A stretch of 64,000 nt of DNA from Gemmatimonadota bacterium (GCA_038153405.1 JAYOYH010000001.1:192156-256155), one strand, 5' to 3'. Counted from the first letter of the stretch, positions 28,533-38,064 are shown. A program made the numbers and translations. The notes: a model not told the origin generated them from the sequence alone.

Positions 28533-29707
28533 TCGTTCGCACGGCCGTAATCTACTCATTCCTATTTTTGCCGTGGTGGCTGTTGGGCTGTGGGGGGCCG
28601 CCGCCGCCCGAGCTGCCCCCTCCACAGGTTGAGCGCCCCGCTGCTGCGCCCGTCATGCCGACCGATCCGCTGCGCCAGGCCTATGTCGAGAAGGGGCTAT
28701 TCCCCGAGTATGTCGTAGGCCCCGACGATGAGTTGGAGATCGTTCTGCGCGACATCGACTTGCTGACGGAGGTTATCAACGTGCGGCTGGATGGCAATAT
28801 ATCCTTCTCGCTTGTCGAAAACCTCTACGTAGCGGGGATGACGGTCGGAGAGGTCGACTCAGCTCTCACGCGCGCACTGGGCGATTACCTGCGCCAGCCG
28901 AGGGTCGATGTGCAGGTTACGGAATACCGCAGCAAAGTCGTGTCGGTGCTGGGGGCCATTGAGGCGATTGGCCAGCAGGGGGTTAAGTCTGGACAGGGGC
29001 GTTACGCGCTGCGCAACAAGACGCGCTTGCTCGATATTATTCTCGAGGCAGGGGGCGCTACGCCGGATGCCCAACTCAACCAGGTCCAACTCATACGCGG
29101 GGGCGCTTCCTATACCTTTGATCTGCAGCGGGTGCTCAATACGGGGGATCCCAGCCACAATCCAGTGCTGCAGGGCGACGATATTATCATCGTTCCCGGC
29201 ACGTCGCGGCTGACGAAAAAAGTCATTATCCTCGGCGAGGTCCGCGCTCCCAATGTGTATCTCATGGCCAATGACGCCAGTCTCCTCGAAGTGCTGAGTC
29301 GCGCCGGCGGTTTGAGCGATGTGGCGCTGAAGGACGACATTCGCATTATTCGCGGGGCTCAGCAGGGACCGACGATGTTCACCGTGAACTTTCAGCGGAT
29401 CACTAGCGACGCCGACCTGCGGCAAAATGTCGTACTGGAAAACAACGACATCGTCTTTGTGCCACGCAGCTTTATGGGCGATGTAAATGATGTGCTCACA
29501 AAAGTAGAACCGCTGTTGAATATTTTGCTGCTGCCGGGTACCTACCGACAGTTCTACACAACGGGCGGCGGTCTGCGCTTGGATACCGGATCGCCTCCCG
29601 AAGCGGAGGCGGGCACCCAGATTTTTACCCAGCCGCTACCCGGCACAGGCGGCGGGGCCGGCAAAGTCGTTGCGCCAGAGGACGAAGAGGAAAAAAATGA
29701 ACCCTAA
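28529..29707 (+). CDS. Polysaccharide export lipoprotein (Wza-like, SLBB repeats)
   Basis: Lipobox LLGC; YVVGPDDEL, DGNISF, VAGMT, two AGG...D.I.VP SLBB units. Confidence 0.88.
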   Translation: MIVRTAVIYSFLFLPWWLLGCGGPPPPELPPPQVERPAAAPVMPTDPLRQAYVEKGLFPEYVVGPDDELEIVLRDIDLLTEVINVRLDGNISFSLVENLYVAGMTVGEVDSALTRALGDYLRQPRVDVQVTEYRSKVVSVLGAIEAIGQQGVKSGQGRYALRNKTRLLDIILEAGGATPDAQLNQVQLIRGGASYTFDLQRVLNTGDPSHNPVLQGDDIIIVPGTSRLTKKVIILGEVRAPNVYLMANDASLLEVLSRAGGLSDVALKDDIRIIRGAQQGPTMFTVNFQRITSDADLRQNVVLENNDIVFVPRSFMGDVNDVLTKVEPLLNILLLPGTYRQFYTTGGGLRLDTGSPPEAEAGTQIFTQPLPGTGGGAGKVVAPEDEEEKNEP

Positions 29708-30653
29708 CCAGGCGCGGGTGGCCGAAAGCATTCTCGATACCGTCGGTTCGACGCCGCTGATCCGACTCAATCGCATCGCGCCACAGGATGGCTGTGCCAT
29801 CTACGGAAAGCTGGAGTCGCGCAATCCGGCCGGCAGCGTAAAAGACCGCATTGGCATTAGTATGATTCGCGCCGCCGAGGAAGGCGGACAGCTGCGACGG
29901 GGGATGACGATCGTCGAACCTACCAGCGGCAATACGGGCATTGCCTTGGCCATGGCGGCAGCGGCTTTGGGCTATCGCCTGGTGCTGACGATGCCCGAAA
30001 ATATGAGCGTTGAACGTCGCCTGGTCATGGCCAGCTACGGGGCCGAACTGGAACTGACGCCCGCGGTCGCAGATATGCCGGGGGCCATACGCCGAGCCGA
30101 GGAGATCGTCGCCGGTGATCCGGCCAACCACTTTATGCCGCAGCAGTTTCACAATCCGGCCAATCCAGAAACCCACCGGCAAACGACGGCGCGCGAAATT
30201 CTCGACGCTACGCAGGGGCAGTTGGATGCGTTTATCGCCGGCGTGGGCACAGGGGGGACCATTACGGGCGTCGGTGCCACTCTCAAGGAGGCCTTGCCCG
30301 CCCTGCGCGTCGTCGCGATTGAGCCTGCGCGCTCGGCCGTTCTCAGCGGCCAAAAGGCGGGACTACACGGCATTCAGGGTATTGGCGCTGGCTTTGTGCC
30401 CGATGTGTTGGACCGCAGCGTGATAGACGAGGTGATAGCCATAGACGACGACGAGGCGTTTCACTACGCGCGTCGTCTGGCGCGCGAAGAGGGCTTGTTG
30501 CTCGGGCCCTCTTCGGGGGCCAATGTCGCCGGCAGTTTGCGCATCGCCCAAACCATGAAGGCTGGGCAGCGCCTGGTGACGCTATTCTGCGATACGGGTT
30601 TTCGCTATTTCAGCGTGGAGGGTTTTGTCGAGGCTTCAGCGCAGGAGAAGTAG
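29697..30653 (+). CDS. cysK: Cysteine synthase A
   Basis: KLE..NPAGSVKDR, EPTSGNTG, GVGTGGT, IQGIG. Confidence 0.95.
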   Translation: MNPNQARVAESILDTVGSTPLIRLNRIAPQDGCAIYGKLESRNPAGSVKDRIGISMIRAAEEGGQLRRGMTIVEPTSGNTGIALAMAAAALGYRLVLTMPENMSVERRLVMASYGAELELTPAVADMPGAIRRAEEIVAGDPANHFMPQQFHNPANPETHRQTTAREILDATQGQLDAFIAGVGTGGTITGVGATLKEALPALRVVAIEPARSAVLSGQKAGLHGIQGIGAGFVPDVLDRSVIDEVIAIDDDEAFHYARRLAREEGLLLGPSSGANVAGSLRIAQTMKAGQRLVTLFCDTGFRYFSVEGFVEASAQEK

Positions 30654-33197
30654 TTTGCGCGCCTGCTGCAGTTGGCCCACGCGCAGCGAGAGCACATAGA
30701 CGCCGCTAGAAACGGCATGCCCTCTATTGTCGCGTCCGTTCCAGCGGGTGCGGTGCACGCCCGCTTCAAGGCGCGCATGGAGCAGTTGGCGCACCGGCTG
30801 TCCCAACGCGTTGTATATTGCCAACTGGACCGTTTGATTCTCGCTCTCTGCGGGCAGGCTAAAGGCGATTTGGGTTTCGGCGTTAAATGGGTTGGGATAG
30901 GTCGGCTCCAGCGCAAAGCGCAGCGGAGCGGAATCGCTTGCGGAAACCGCCGTATCGGCCGCGGGGAAGGTGGGCATCGCAACAGCGATGCCGCGCGGCT
31001 GCACGCCGGCGCTGTACTGTCCGATGCGCTCGTCTCCATCGCCGTCGATCAGAATGGTTTCATCGGAAAACTCGTTGGTCACGAATACGCGCTTGCCGTC
31101 CGGCGAGAAGGAGATACCGCGCGGGTTTTCGCCGACCGATAGCTGGGCTCGCACCCGCAGCGTTTCGACGTCGAGAATCAGCAGTGCTCCCTCGTCATGT
31201 GCCGTCATGTAGAGTGTATTCCCGGCTGGGTTGAGTGCGATGGCGAAGGTGCCGGCCACGGGGAGTTCCACCTGTCGGGTCACGCGCTCGCTTTCGGCGT
31301 CGATGACCGTCAGCTCATTTGCGCCCATGTTGGCCACGTAGAGCGTGCTGCCGTCATCGCTGATGGCCAGCGAGCGCGGCTGCGAGGCTACGGCGATGCG
31401 CGATTGCACCGCGCCTTGCAGATCCATGACCAGCACGCGGTTGTTGGCCAGGTCGGTCGCAAAGAGTTTGTCGCTGCTTGCGGCCATGCCGTAGGGCCCC
31501 CTCTCGATCCCGGAAATCCACACCGTGCGCGCCGAAGCCGATTCCACATCGACGAGGGTGAGTGCCCCTGCGCCTGAGTTGGTCGCGTAGAGCCTGCGGC
31601 CGTCCGGACTGAGCGCCATATCGAGAGGTTCAATCGCCGTTTGTATGCGCTGTATTTCCTGGAAGGTCGTCGTGGAAATGACGCTTATTTCATTCGATCC
31701 CAGGTTGGATGCGTAGAGGGTGCTTCCATCTCGGCTCAGCAAGACCTGGATGGGCTCGTCGCCAACGGCGATGCGCGCCATTTCGCTGCGCGTCTCTGTG
31801 TCGACGACGCTGATTACGTCTTCGCCGCGCAGGGCGGTAAATGCCAACGGTGCTCCGCTTAGCTTAACTACGTCAAATCCCAGCCATTGTCCCTCACTGG
31901 GAAAAAAGGATTGGGCCACGCTGTCGTTGCGCGCTTCGATGCGGTACTCGACGCGCGTGCCGGCCGGTTGGCCGGGGATTTCAGCGGAAAAGAGGTCGTC
32001 GGCCTCTGCGCGCATGGCGATTCGACGGGATGCTGCAGCGCCGTCGATGCGATAGTGCAACCATATCTGGTCGGCGTAGAGGACCTGCATGCGAATGGCG
32101 TAGGGACCGGCGGTATCTGGGGTATTGGCCGCTAGACCATAGGGTTCTACGCTGGGATAGCCAGGCCGCGTAAATCCCGTGACAAAATCGATGGGGGCCA
32201 GGGTTTGCCCAGCGGCTACATCGAGAATGTAGGCCAGGTTTTCGTCGCGGCTGTTATCGTAGTACTCCTCTGCAAATCCAGTGGAAAAGTTGGTGAAGAC
32301 ACCGCCGAAACTCTCCTCGTCGATTGCGCCTTCAATGGTGGATAGGAGGAGTCGGTAGCGGCCCGGAGTTAGCCCGTCGAGTTGGTAGGCACCCCCGCGT
32401 CCATCGTAGGCGCCTGAAACCGCGCTATACTGCGCTCTCGTCTCGAGATTGAGGGCGGTGATATGGGTGCCGAAGAGCCCGTTGCCGCCGATATCGCTGA
32501 CCGTGCCGCCAATGCTGCCGACGCTGAGCGGATATGTGCTGGTCGGGTAGAGAAAGCTAATGCCGGCTATATCGTCGGCTTCGAGGCTTTGCCCTAGGCC
32601 GGGGCCATCGCCGCGATTAAAGGGATTCATCGTCGGTCGCACGCTGGCTGGACCGTCGAGCGGGGTGTGTTCCAAGCCGAGCAGGTGGCCGATTTCGTGC
32701 ACGGCAACGTCCTTTAGATCGACCCGTCCGACCGTGGGCGTCGACGGCCCCGAAAAGCGGAAGTCGCGCCCGTTGAATATGATGTCGGCATCGACAATTT
32801 CTCCCGTGAGCGCATCGGAATTGATGCGCGTTACGGCGATGATGCCCGATCCCTGCGGAACCTGGAGAAAGGCGTTGGTCTCGTCAAAGTAGACCAGGTT
32901 GCGGCGGTCGCGCCGACTGGGTGTGCGCGCGGATGTTTCGCCTAGATCGGAGAAGGCGACGCGTGACCCCGGCACATCTTCCCAGATTTGAAAGCTCTCG
33001 CGCAGCAGGCGGTGTGCTTCCTCTGGGGGCATATCGTCCGATCCGGCGCTAAACAGGACAAAGGGAATGCGTTCTGGGGTGCGCCAGACCTGCTGAACGG
33101 GCCCGGAGTCGCCTTGAAACGTTTGGATGAGGAACGCCGCGCTTGGTTGGGCAAGGGAACAGCACAGCGCGAGGAGTGCCCAAAGCCTAATGCGCAT
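30636..33197 (-). CDS. Secreted matrixin-like metalloprotease with YVTN-type beta-propeller and C-terminal FlgD/sorting-like domain
   Basis: Signal peptide; DADIIFN, HEIGHLLGLEH, Met-turn TMNP; repeated SPDG..LY.TN blades; YPNPFN...WNGRD...SSGVY. Confidence 0.88.
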   Translation of the reverse strand: MRIRLWALLALCCSLAQPSAAFLIQTFQGDSGPVQQVWRTPERIPFVLFSAGSDDMPPEEAHRLLRESFQIWEDVPGSRVAFSDLGETSARTPSRRDRRNLVYFDETNAFLQVPQGSGIIAVTRINSDALTGEIVDADIIFNGRDFRFSGPSTPTVGRVDLKDVAVHEIGHLLGLEHTPLDGPASVRPTMNPFNRGDGPGLGQSLEADDIAGISFLYPTSTYPLSVGSIGGTVSDIGGNGLFGTHITALNLETRAQYSAVSGAYDGRGGAYQLDGLTPGRYRLLLSTIEGAIDEESFGGVFTNFSTGFAEEYYDNSRDENLAYILDVAAGQTLAPIDFVTGFTRPGYPSVEPYGLAANTPDTAGPYAIRMQVLYADQIWLHYRIDGAAASRRIAMRAEADDLFSAEIPGQPAGTRVEYRIEARNDSVAQSFFPSEGQWLGFDVVKLSGAPLAFTALRGEDVISVVDTETRSEMARIAVGDEPIQVLLSRDGSTLYASNLGSNEISVISTTTFQEIQRIQTAIEPLDMALSPDGRRLYATNSGAGALTLVDVESASARTVWISGIERGPYGMAASSDKLFATDLANNRVLVMDLQGAVQSRIAVASQPRSLAISDDGSTLYVANMGANELTVIDAESERVTRQVELPVAGTFAIALNPAGNTLYMTAHDEGALLILDVETLRVRAQLSVGENPRGISFSPDGKRVFVTNEFSDETILIDGDGDERIGQYSAGVQPRGIAVAMPTFPAADTAVSASDSAPLRFALEPTYPNPFNAETQIAFSLPAESENQTVQLAIYNALGQPVRQLLHARLEAGVHRTRWNGRDNRGHAVSSGVYVLSLRVGQLQQARKLLLLR

Positions 33198-33735
33198 CGC
33201 CTTGAACCCCTGCCAGCGCGCGCACGCGGTTGAGAAAAAGGCGCAGGTCAGCGCCCTGAACGGGCTCGATGCGCCCGGCCGGCTTCGCGACTGCATTGCG
33301 CATAGTCAAGCCCTCTAGTCGCTGGTACACGCGCGCGGCGCTGTCGATACTGCGTTCAATGCGGAAGGCGCCCTGGCCCAAGCCGATGGGCCAGGCATGC
33401 CCCAATTCGTTTTGGGCGGTGAGAAAGAGAACGCTCTCCGATCCGGAGGCAAAGGTCGGCATACCGGCGATGCGCGATTGGATCCCCTGAAAGAGGCCGC
33501 CGGGCAGGTGCAGTTTAATCTGCTGCTGAGAAGGGCCCTTCACGGTTTCGGATACGGCAAATTCGTAGCGCGTATAGACCGCGCCGTTGATCAATTCCGG
33601 TTCGCTCTTGAGGCAGGTGACGACGAGGATGCGCGCGGCTTGGCCCGCCAACTGATCCAGGCTAAAGCGCTCGACGGTCGTCGCGTGGATCTGGGCGGTA
33701 AAGAGCGAGGTAAGGGCGATGAGAAAGTAGGGCAT
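33187..33735 (-). CDS. Secreted hypothetical protein coupled to the metalloprotease
   Basis: Signal peptide ending IHA; overlaps protease start by 11 nt. Confidence 0.75.
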   Translation of the reverse strand: MPYFLIALTSLFTAQIHATTVERFSLDQLAGQAARILVVTCLKSEPELINGAVYTRYEFAVSETVKGPSQQQIKLHLPGGLFQGIQSRIAGMPTFASGSESVLFLTAQNELGHAWPIGLGQGAFRIERSIDSAARVYQRLEGLTMRNAVAKPAGRIEPVQGADLRLFLNRVRALAGVQGDAH

Positions 33736-34011
33736 GGCGGTCCATTTCTCGAGTCAACGCGCTTGCGCGCATGGAGAATATACGCAGAAATATGCACCGT
33801 GCACGCGGCGACGTGTGTACTACAGCACTGCAGACTGTCCGTTGGCGCAAAAGTTGCCCGGTTGCCACGACAGGAGGAAGAAGGGAAAGCAAATTATTGC
33901 GAGCGGTGGGTCAACTCGGGGACGATCTAAACCGGCCCATTTGTATACAAACTGGTCCATTTAAATGCAAATGCGGGGGACTGCAAGGTCGGCCGTACCC
34001 CCTGCGTGCAG

Positions 34012-34043
34012 TTGACTGACATTCACGTTTACGTTAATATAAA
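34012..34043 (+). promoter_or_regulatory. MerR-type promoter/operator
   Basis: TTGACT -35, dyad ATTCACGT-TT-ACGTTAAT (34021-34038), -10 TATAAA at 20-nt or TAATAT at 17-nt spacing. Confidence 0.7.
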
Positions 34044-34084
34044 ACAACACTGTGGTATGCCCTTTTAGTGAAGAAGATGAACTC

Positions 34085-34549
34085 ATGATGCAAATTGGCG
34101 ATCTGGCAGGTCGAGCAGGGGTCACGACGCGCACCATCCGCTATTATGAGGAATTGGGCATTGTTGAACCTGAGGAACGCACCGAGGGCGGATTTCGCCT
34201 CTATTCCGAGGCGCAGCTGCGTCGCTTAAAGATCATACAGGGCCTTAAAGAGCTCGGATTCGAGTTGGAGCGCATCCGCGAGCTGTTCAGCTTGAAAGAG
34301 TGCAGCAAAACGGGCGGTGAACTCGCCACATCACTGGTCGAACACCTGCGCTGGCAACAGGAGGAGATTGATGCGCGCATCGCGCACTACTCAAAAATGA
34401 GAGCGCGCAATGACAAGGCCATCGATATTCTCAAGGGATGTCTCTGCTGCGACAAGCGTATTGTTGAACGGGACTGCCATCACTGCGGCGTGTACTGTCA
34501 GCACGATGAGGTGCCCGACGTAATCGAATCGTCCATATTTGAGAAGTGA
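34085..34549 (+). CDS. MerR-family regulator with Cys-rich C-terminus
   Basis: IGDLA..AGVTTRTIRYYEELG, GGFRLY; C-terminal CLCC-x8-CHHC-x3-C. Confidence 0.9.
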   Translation: MMQIGDLAGRAGVTTRTIRYYEELGIVEPEERTEGGFRLYSEAQLRRLKIIQGLKELGFELERIRELFSLKECSKTGGELATSLVEHLRWQQEEIDARIAHYSKMRARNDKAIDILKGCLCCDKRIVERDCHHCGVYCQHDEVPDVIESSIFEK

Positions 34550-34598
34550 GAACGCGATGCCGAAGCTCGTGGGGGATCTTCTGGGGAAGGAATGCGGT

Positions 34599-34922
34599 AT
34601 GGTTATTGTCACGGATGCAGCCGCTGAAAAAATCAAGACGCTGATTGCCAAAGAGGGCGATGCGCACAGCGGTCTGCGCATGGGCGTCATGGGTGGGGGA
34701 TGTTCCGGCTTTCAGTACAAGCTGGAATTTGCCGCCGAGAGCGGCGATTTGGACCACATCTTTGAAACAAAAGGCGTAAAGCTATTTATCGACATGAAGA
34801 GCAGCCTCTACCTGAACGGCGTGACGCTCGACTATCACGATGGGCTGATGGGCGCGGGGTTCAAAATCGAGAATCCCAACGCGCGCACGACGTGCGGCTG
34901 CGGCGAGTCGTTTAGCGCCTGA
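34599..34922 (+). CDS. iscA: A-type Fe-S carrier (IscA/ErpA/HesB family)
   Basis: GGGCSGFQY, NPNARTTCGCGESF. Confidence 0.93.
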   Translation: MVIVTDAAAEKIKTLIAKEGDAHSGLRMGVMGGGCSGFQYKLEFAAESGDLDHIFETKGVKLFIDMKSSLYLNGVTLDYHDGLMGAGFKIENPNARTTCGCGESFSA

Positions 34923-34934
34923 AGCGCATCGGGC

Positions 34935-36131
34935 GTGCACCCACCTACCATTTACATGGACAACCTGGCGACGACGCCGGTTGACCGCCGCGTCCTCGAC
35001 GCCATGCTGCCCTATTTCTCCGAGCAGTTCGGCAACGCGTCGAGTGCGACGCATGCCCTAGGCAACGATGCGGCGATAGCCGTGGCGCAAGCCCGTTGTC
35101 AAGTCGCCGCACTCCTCAACGCACGCGATCGAGAAATCCTCTTCACTTCGGGTGCAACCGAAGCCAATAATCTGGCGTTGAAGGGCGTCGCCGAGCAGGT
35201 CGGCGGCGGCCATATTATCACTGCCAAGACCGAACACAAAGCCGTGCTCGACACCTGTAAGAGTTTGGAACGGCGCGGTTTCAGCGCGACGTATCTCGAT
35301 GTGGACCGGCATGGCTGCATCGACATAGACGCGTTGGAGCGGGCCATTTCCGACGAGACGATTCTGGTTTCCCTGATGGCGGCTAATAACGAAGTGGGCA
35401 CGCTGCATCCGCTGGAAGCCATTGGCGCGCTTTGCAAGGCGCGCGGCGTGCTTTTTCACTGCGATGCGGCGCAGGCTGTTGGAAAAATTGAAATAGACGT
35501 CGAGGCGCAGGGTATCGATCTATTGTCCCTATCGGCGCATAAGTTTTACGGACCCAAAGGGGTTGGCGCGCTGTATGTGCGCTCGCGCTCGCCGCGCGTC
35601 CGCCTCTGTCCCCAGCAGGATGGCGGCGGTCAAGAGCGCGGTTGGCGCGCCGGCACGCTCAACGTGCCTGGGATCGTCGGCCTGGGTATGGCCTGTCAAC
35701 TCGCTGCAGCCGAATGGCCAAGCGAGGCAGAGCGCCTGATAGCCCTGCGCTGCCGATTGCGTGCGGGCCTGTCGAGGGTGTTATTAGGGGACGAGTTGAA
35801 CGGCCATGAAAGCCGGCGTTTGCCCGGCCATTTAAGCCTTAGCTTTGGCCGGATCGACGGGGCGGAATTGCTGGCCAAGTTGCGGGGGATTGCCCTGTCG
35901 TTGGGTGCGGCGTGTTCATCCGATTCGCCGACGCCTTCGCACGTTCTGGCCGCTATGGGATTCGATGATATGCGGGCGCGTTCGACGCTGCGCTTTGGCC
36001 TCGGTCGCTTCACCACAGAGCGCGAAGTCGACTGCGTTGCAGAGCGCGTCGCCGCGGCCGTCGAACACCTGCGCGGTGCAGACCTCGATCTGCGCCCGTC
36101 GAATGGAGTGGATAAAACAGCGGTAGTTTAA
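34935..36131 (+). CDS. iscS: Cysteine desulfurase (IscS/NifS group)
   Basis: FTSGATEANN, EHKAV, DAAQ, SAHKFYGPKG, GAACSS catalytic Cys loop. Confidence 0.92.
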   Translation: MHPPTIYMDNLATTPVDRRVLDAMLPYFSEQFGNASSATHALGNDAAIAVAQARCQVAALLNARDREILFTSGATEANNLALKGVAEQVGGGHIITAKTEHKAVLDTCKSLERRGFSATYLDVDRHGCIDIDALERAISDETILVSLMAANNEVGTLHPLEAIGALCKARGVLFHCDAAQAVGKIEIDVEAQGIDLLSLSAHKFYGPKGVGALYVRSRSPRVRLCPQQDGGGQERGWRAGTLNVPGIVGLGMACQLAAAEWPSEAERLIALRCRLRAGLSRVLLGDELNGHESRRLPGHLSLSFGRIDGAELLAKLRGIALSLGAACSSDSPTPSHVLAAMGFDDMRARSTLRFGLGRFTTEREVDCVAERVAAAVEHLRGADLDLRPSNGVDKTAVV

Positions 36132-36152
36132 GGATCATCGGGAGGAGGAAAT

Positions 36153-37340
36153 ATGAGCGTGACGTCGAGTCAGCTTCTCAATCAGGTCAAGCAAAGCATT
36201 GCCGAAGTAACGGCGACCCAAGTTCAGCAGACCCTCAAGGACGGCAAGGACGTCCACATTGTGGATGTGCGCGAGCGCGACGAGGTGATGGACGGCTATA
36301 TTCCCGGGGCGGCGCTAATCCCGCGCGGCTTTCTCGAACTCAATATCGAGGAAGACGTGACGATGAACCGGGAGGCCGAAATCGTGCTCTACTGCGCCGG
36401 GGGCAATCGCTCAGCGCTAGCGGCGCGCGATCTGGCATTTATGGGCTACACCAACGTGAAGTCCATGATCGGCGGTTTCAAGGGATGGAAAGATGCCGGC
36501 TACGATTTTGAGCAGGGGGGGCTGCTGTCGGAGGAAGACATGCAGCGCTATGCGCGCCATATCATTTTGCCGGAAGTTGGTGAGCAGGGCCAGCAGAAAT
36601 TGCTCAAAGGTCGCGTGTTGTTGGTTGGCGTCGGCGGCTTGGGATGTCCCACCGCGCTCTATCTGGCTGCGGCGGGTATCGGTCGAATCGGTTTGGTCGA
36701 TGCCGACGTAGTCGACAAGAGCAACCTGCAGCGGCAAGTGCTCTTTAGCGAATCGGATGTCGGCCGTCCCAAGGTCGAGGCGGCGCGCGATCGCTTACTC
36801 GGATTAAATCCCGGCATTGACGTGCGCACGCACTACGAATTGCTTACGTCGCACAATATCTACGATGTGATGGCCGATTACGACATCATCGTAAACGGCT
36901 GCGACAACTTTCCGACGCGCTATTTAGTCAACGATGCGGCCGTATTGACGGGCAAGCCAGTAGTCGACGGCAGCATCTTTCGCTTTGAAGGTCAGGCGAC
37001 GGTTTACATGCCCGGCGATGGTCCGTGTTATCGCTGTCTCTATCCAGAACCGCCACCGCCCGGAGAAGTGCCGAGCTGTGCCGAGGGCGGCGTTTTGGGC
37101 GTGCTGCCCGGCACGGTCGGGCTGATGCAGGCGACGGAGGTAATTAAGCTGGTCTTGGGCGAGGGTAAGCTGCTGATCGGGCGCGTGCTGCTTTACGATG
37201 CCATGGATATGAAGTTTCGCGAGCTAAAACTGCGCCGTGACAGCGAGTGTCCTGTATGCGGTGACAATCCAACGGTCACGGAGCTGATCGACTACCAGCA
37301 GTTTTGTGGGTTGCCTTCGCACAGCGAGGCAGCGGGTTGA
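36153..37340 (+). CDS. moeB: Rhodanese-MoeB/ThiF adenylyltransferase fusion (MoeZ/MoeBR-like)
   Basis: N-terminal rhodanese YCAGGNRS; RYARH, GVGGLG, SNLQRQ, CYRC, CPVC. Confidence 0.92.
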   Translation: MSVTSSQLLNQVKQSIAEVTATQVQQTLKDGKDVHIVDVRERDEVMDGYIPGAALIPRGFLELNIEEDVTMNREAEIVLYCAGGNRSALAARDLAFMGYTNVKSMIGGFKGWKDAGYDFEQGGLLSEEDMQRYARHIILPEVGEQGQQKLLKGRVLLVGVGGLGCPTALYLAAAGIGRIGLVDADVVDKSNLQRQVLFSESDVGRPKVEAARDRLLGLNPGIDVRTHYELLTSHNIYDVMADYDIIVNGCDNFPTRYLVNDAAVLTGKPVVDGSIFRFEGQATVYMPGDGPCYRCLYPEPPPPGEVPSCAEGGVLGVLPGTVGLMQATEVIKLVLGEGKLLIGRVLLYDAMDMKFRELKLRRDSECPVCGDNPTVTELIDYQQFCGLPSHSEAAG

Positions 37341-37368
37341 TTTAAATCGCGCATAACCCGATATTTTT

Positions 37369-37403
37369 TGGGCGTCGATCCCGGGATCGACGCCCATTTT
37401 TTT
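37369..37403 (+). terminator. Intrinsic terminator ending the merR-iscA-iscS-moeB unit
   Basis: Perfect palindrome TGGGCGTCGATCCCGGGATCGACGCCCA followed by T7. Confidence 0.75.
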
Positions 37404-37443
37404 GTCGTATGGACCGTATTCATTTCCTCCCGCGGAGCGATGT

Positions 37444-38052
37444 ATGCCGATTGGCGCAGATCTTGAACTTTTGCTGCAATTGACCGATATCGATGAGGTG
37501 GATCCCACCCTAGATTGGACCGATATATTTGCCAATAAAAATCCAGTAGAAGTGGAGATTGGCATCGGCAAGGGGCGCTTTTTAATCGATTCGGCTCAGC
37601 GCCGTCTCGACGTAAACTTCGTCGGCGTCGAATGGGCGATGAAATACCTGCGCATGGCCCATGCTCGCTGCATGCGTCGGTCGTTGGAAAACGTGCGTTT
37701 TGTGCGCGCCGACGCGCGCGAATTCGTCGAGTTTTTCATTCCTACGCGTTCGGTGCAAGCGTATCATATATACTTTCCCGATCCCTGGCCCAAGAAGCGC
37801 CATCACAAGCGTCGCTTGTTCAATCGCGACTTTCTCGCCGAAGTGGAGCGCACGCTGATGCCCGGTGGCCATCTGTGGCTGGCCACCGATTTTGTCGAGT
37901 ATTTTGACGTCATACTCGAAGTGTTGGATGAGAGCGACCATTTGCGCGCGGTGGAGGCCGAATGGGATGGGGCAAAGACCAATTACGAGGAAAAGTACAT
38001 CGCCGCCGGCAAGCCCATCTACCGCCGCGTATTGGCATATTCGCCCGATTAG
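37444..38052 (+). CDS. trmB: tRNA (guanine-N7)-methyltransferase
   Basis: EIGIGKG, FPDPWPKKRHHKRR, ATD, TNYE. Confidence 0.95.
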   Translation: MPIGADLELLLQLTDIDEVDPTLDWTDIFANKNPVEVEIGIGKGRFLIDSAQRRLDVNFVGVEWAMKYLRMAHARCMRRSLENVRFVRADAREFVEFFIPTRSVQAYHIYFPDPWPKKRHHKRRLFNRDFLAEVERTLMPGGHLWLATDFVEYFDVILEVLDESDHLRAVEAEWDGAKTNYEEKYIAAGKPIYRRVLAYSPD

Positions 38053-38064
38053 CAAGGGCCGATA

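Noticed and set aside
37369..37396. Perfect 28-bp palindrome as a mobile/REP element
   Set aside because: Only one copy noticed, followed by T7 at an operon end; explained as a terminator
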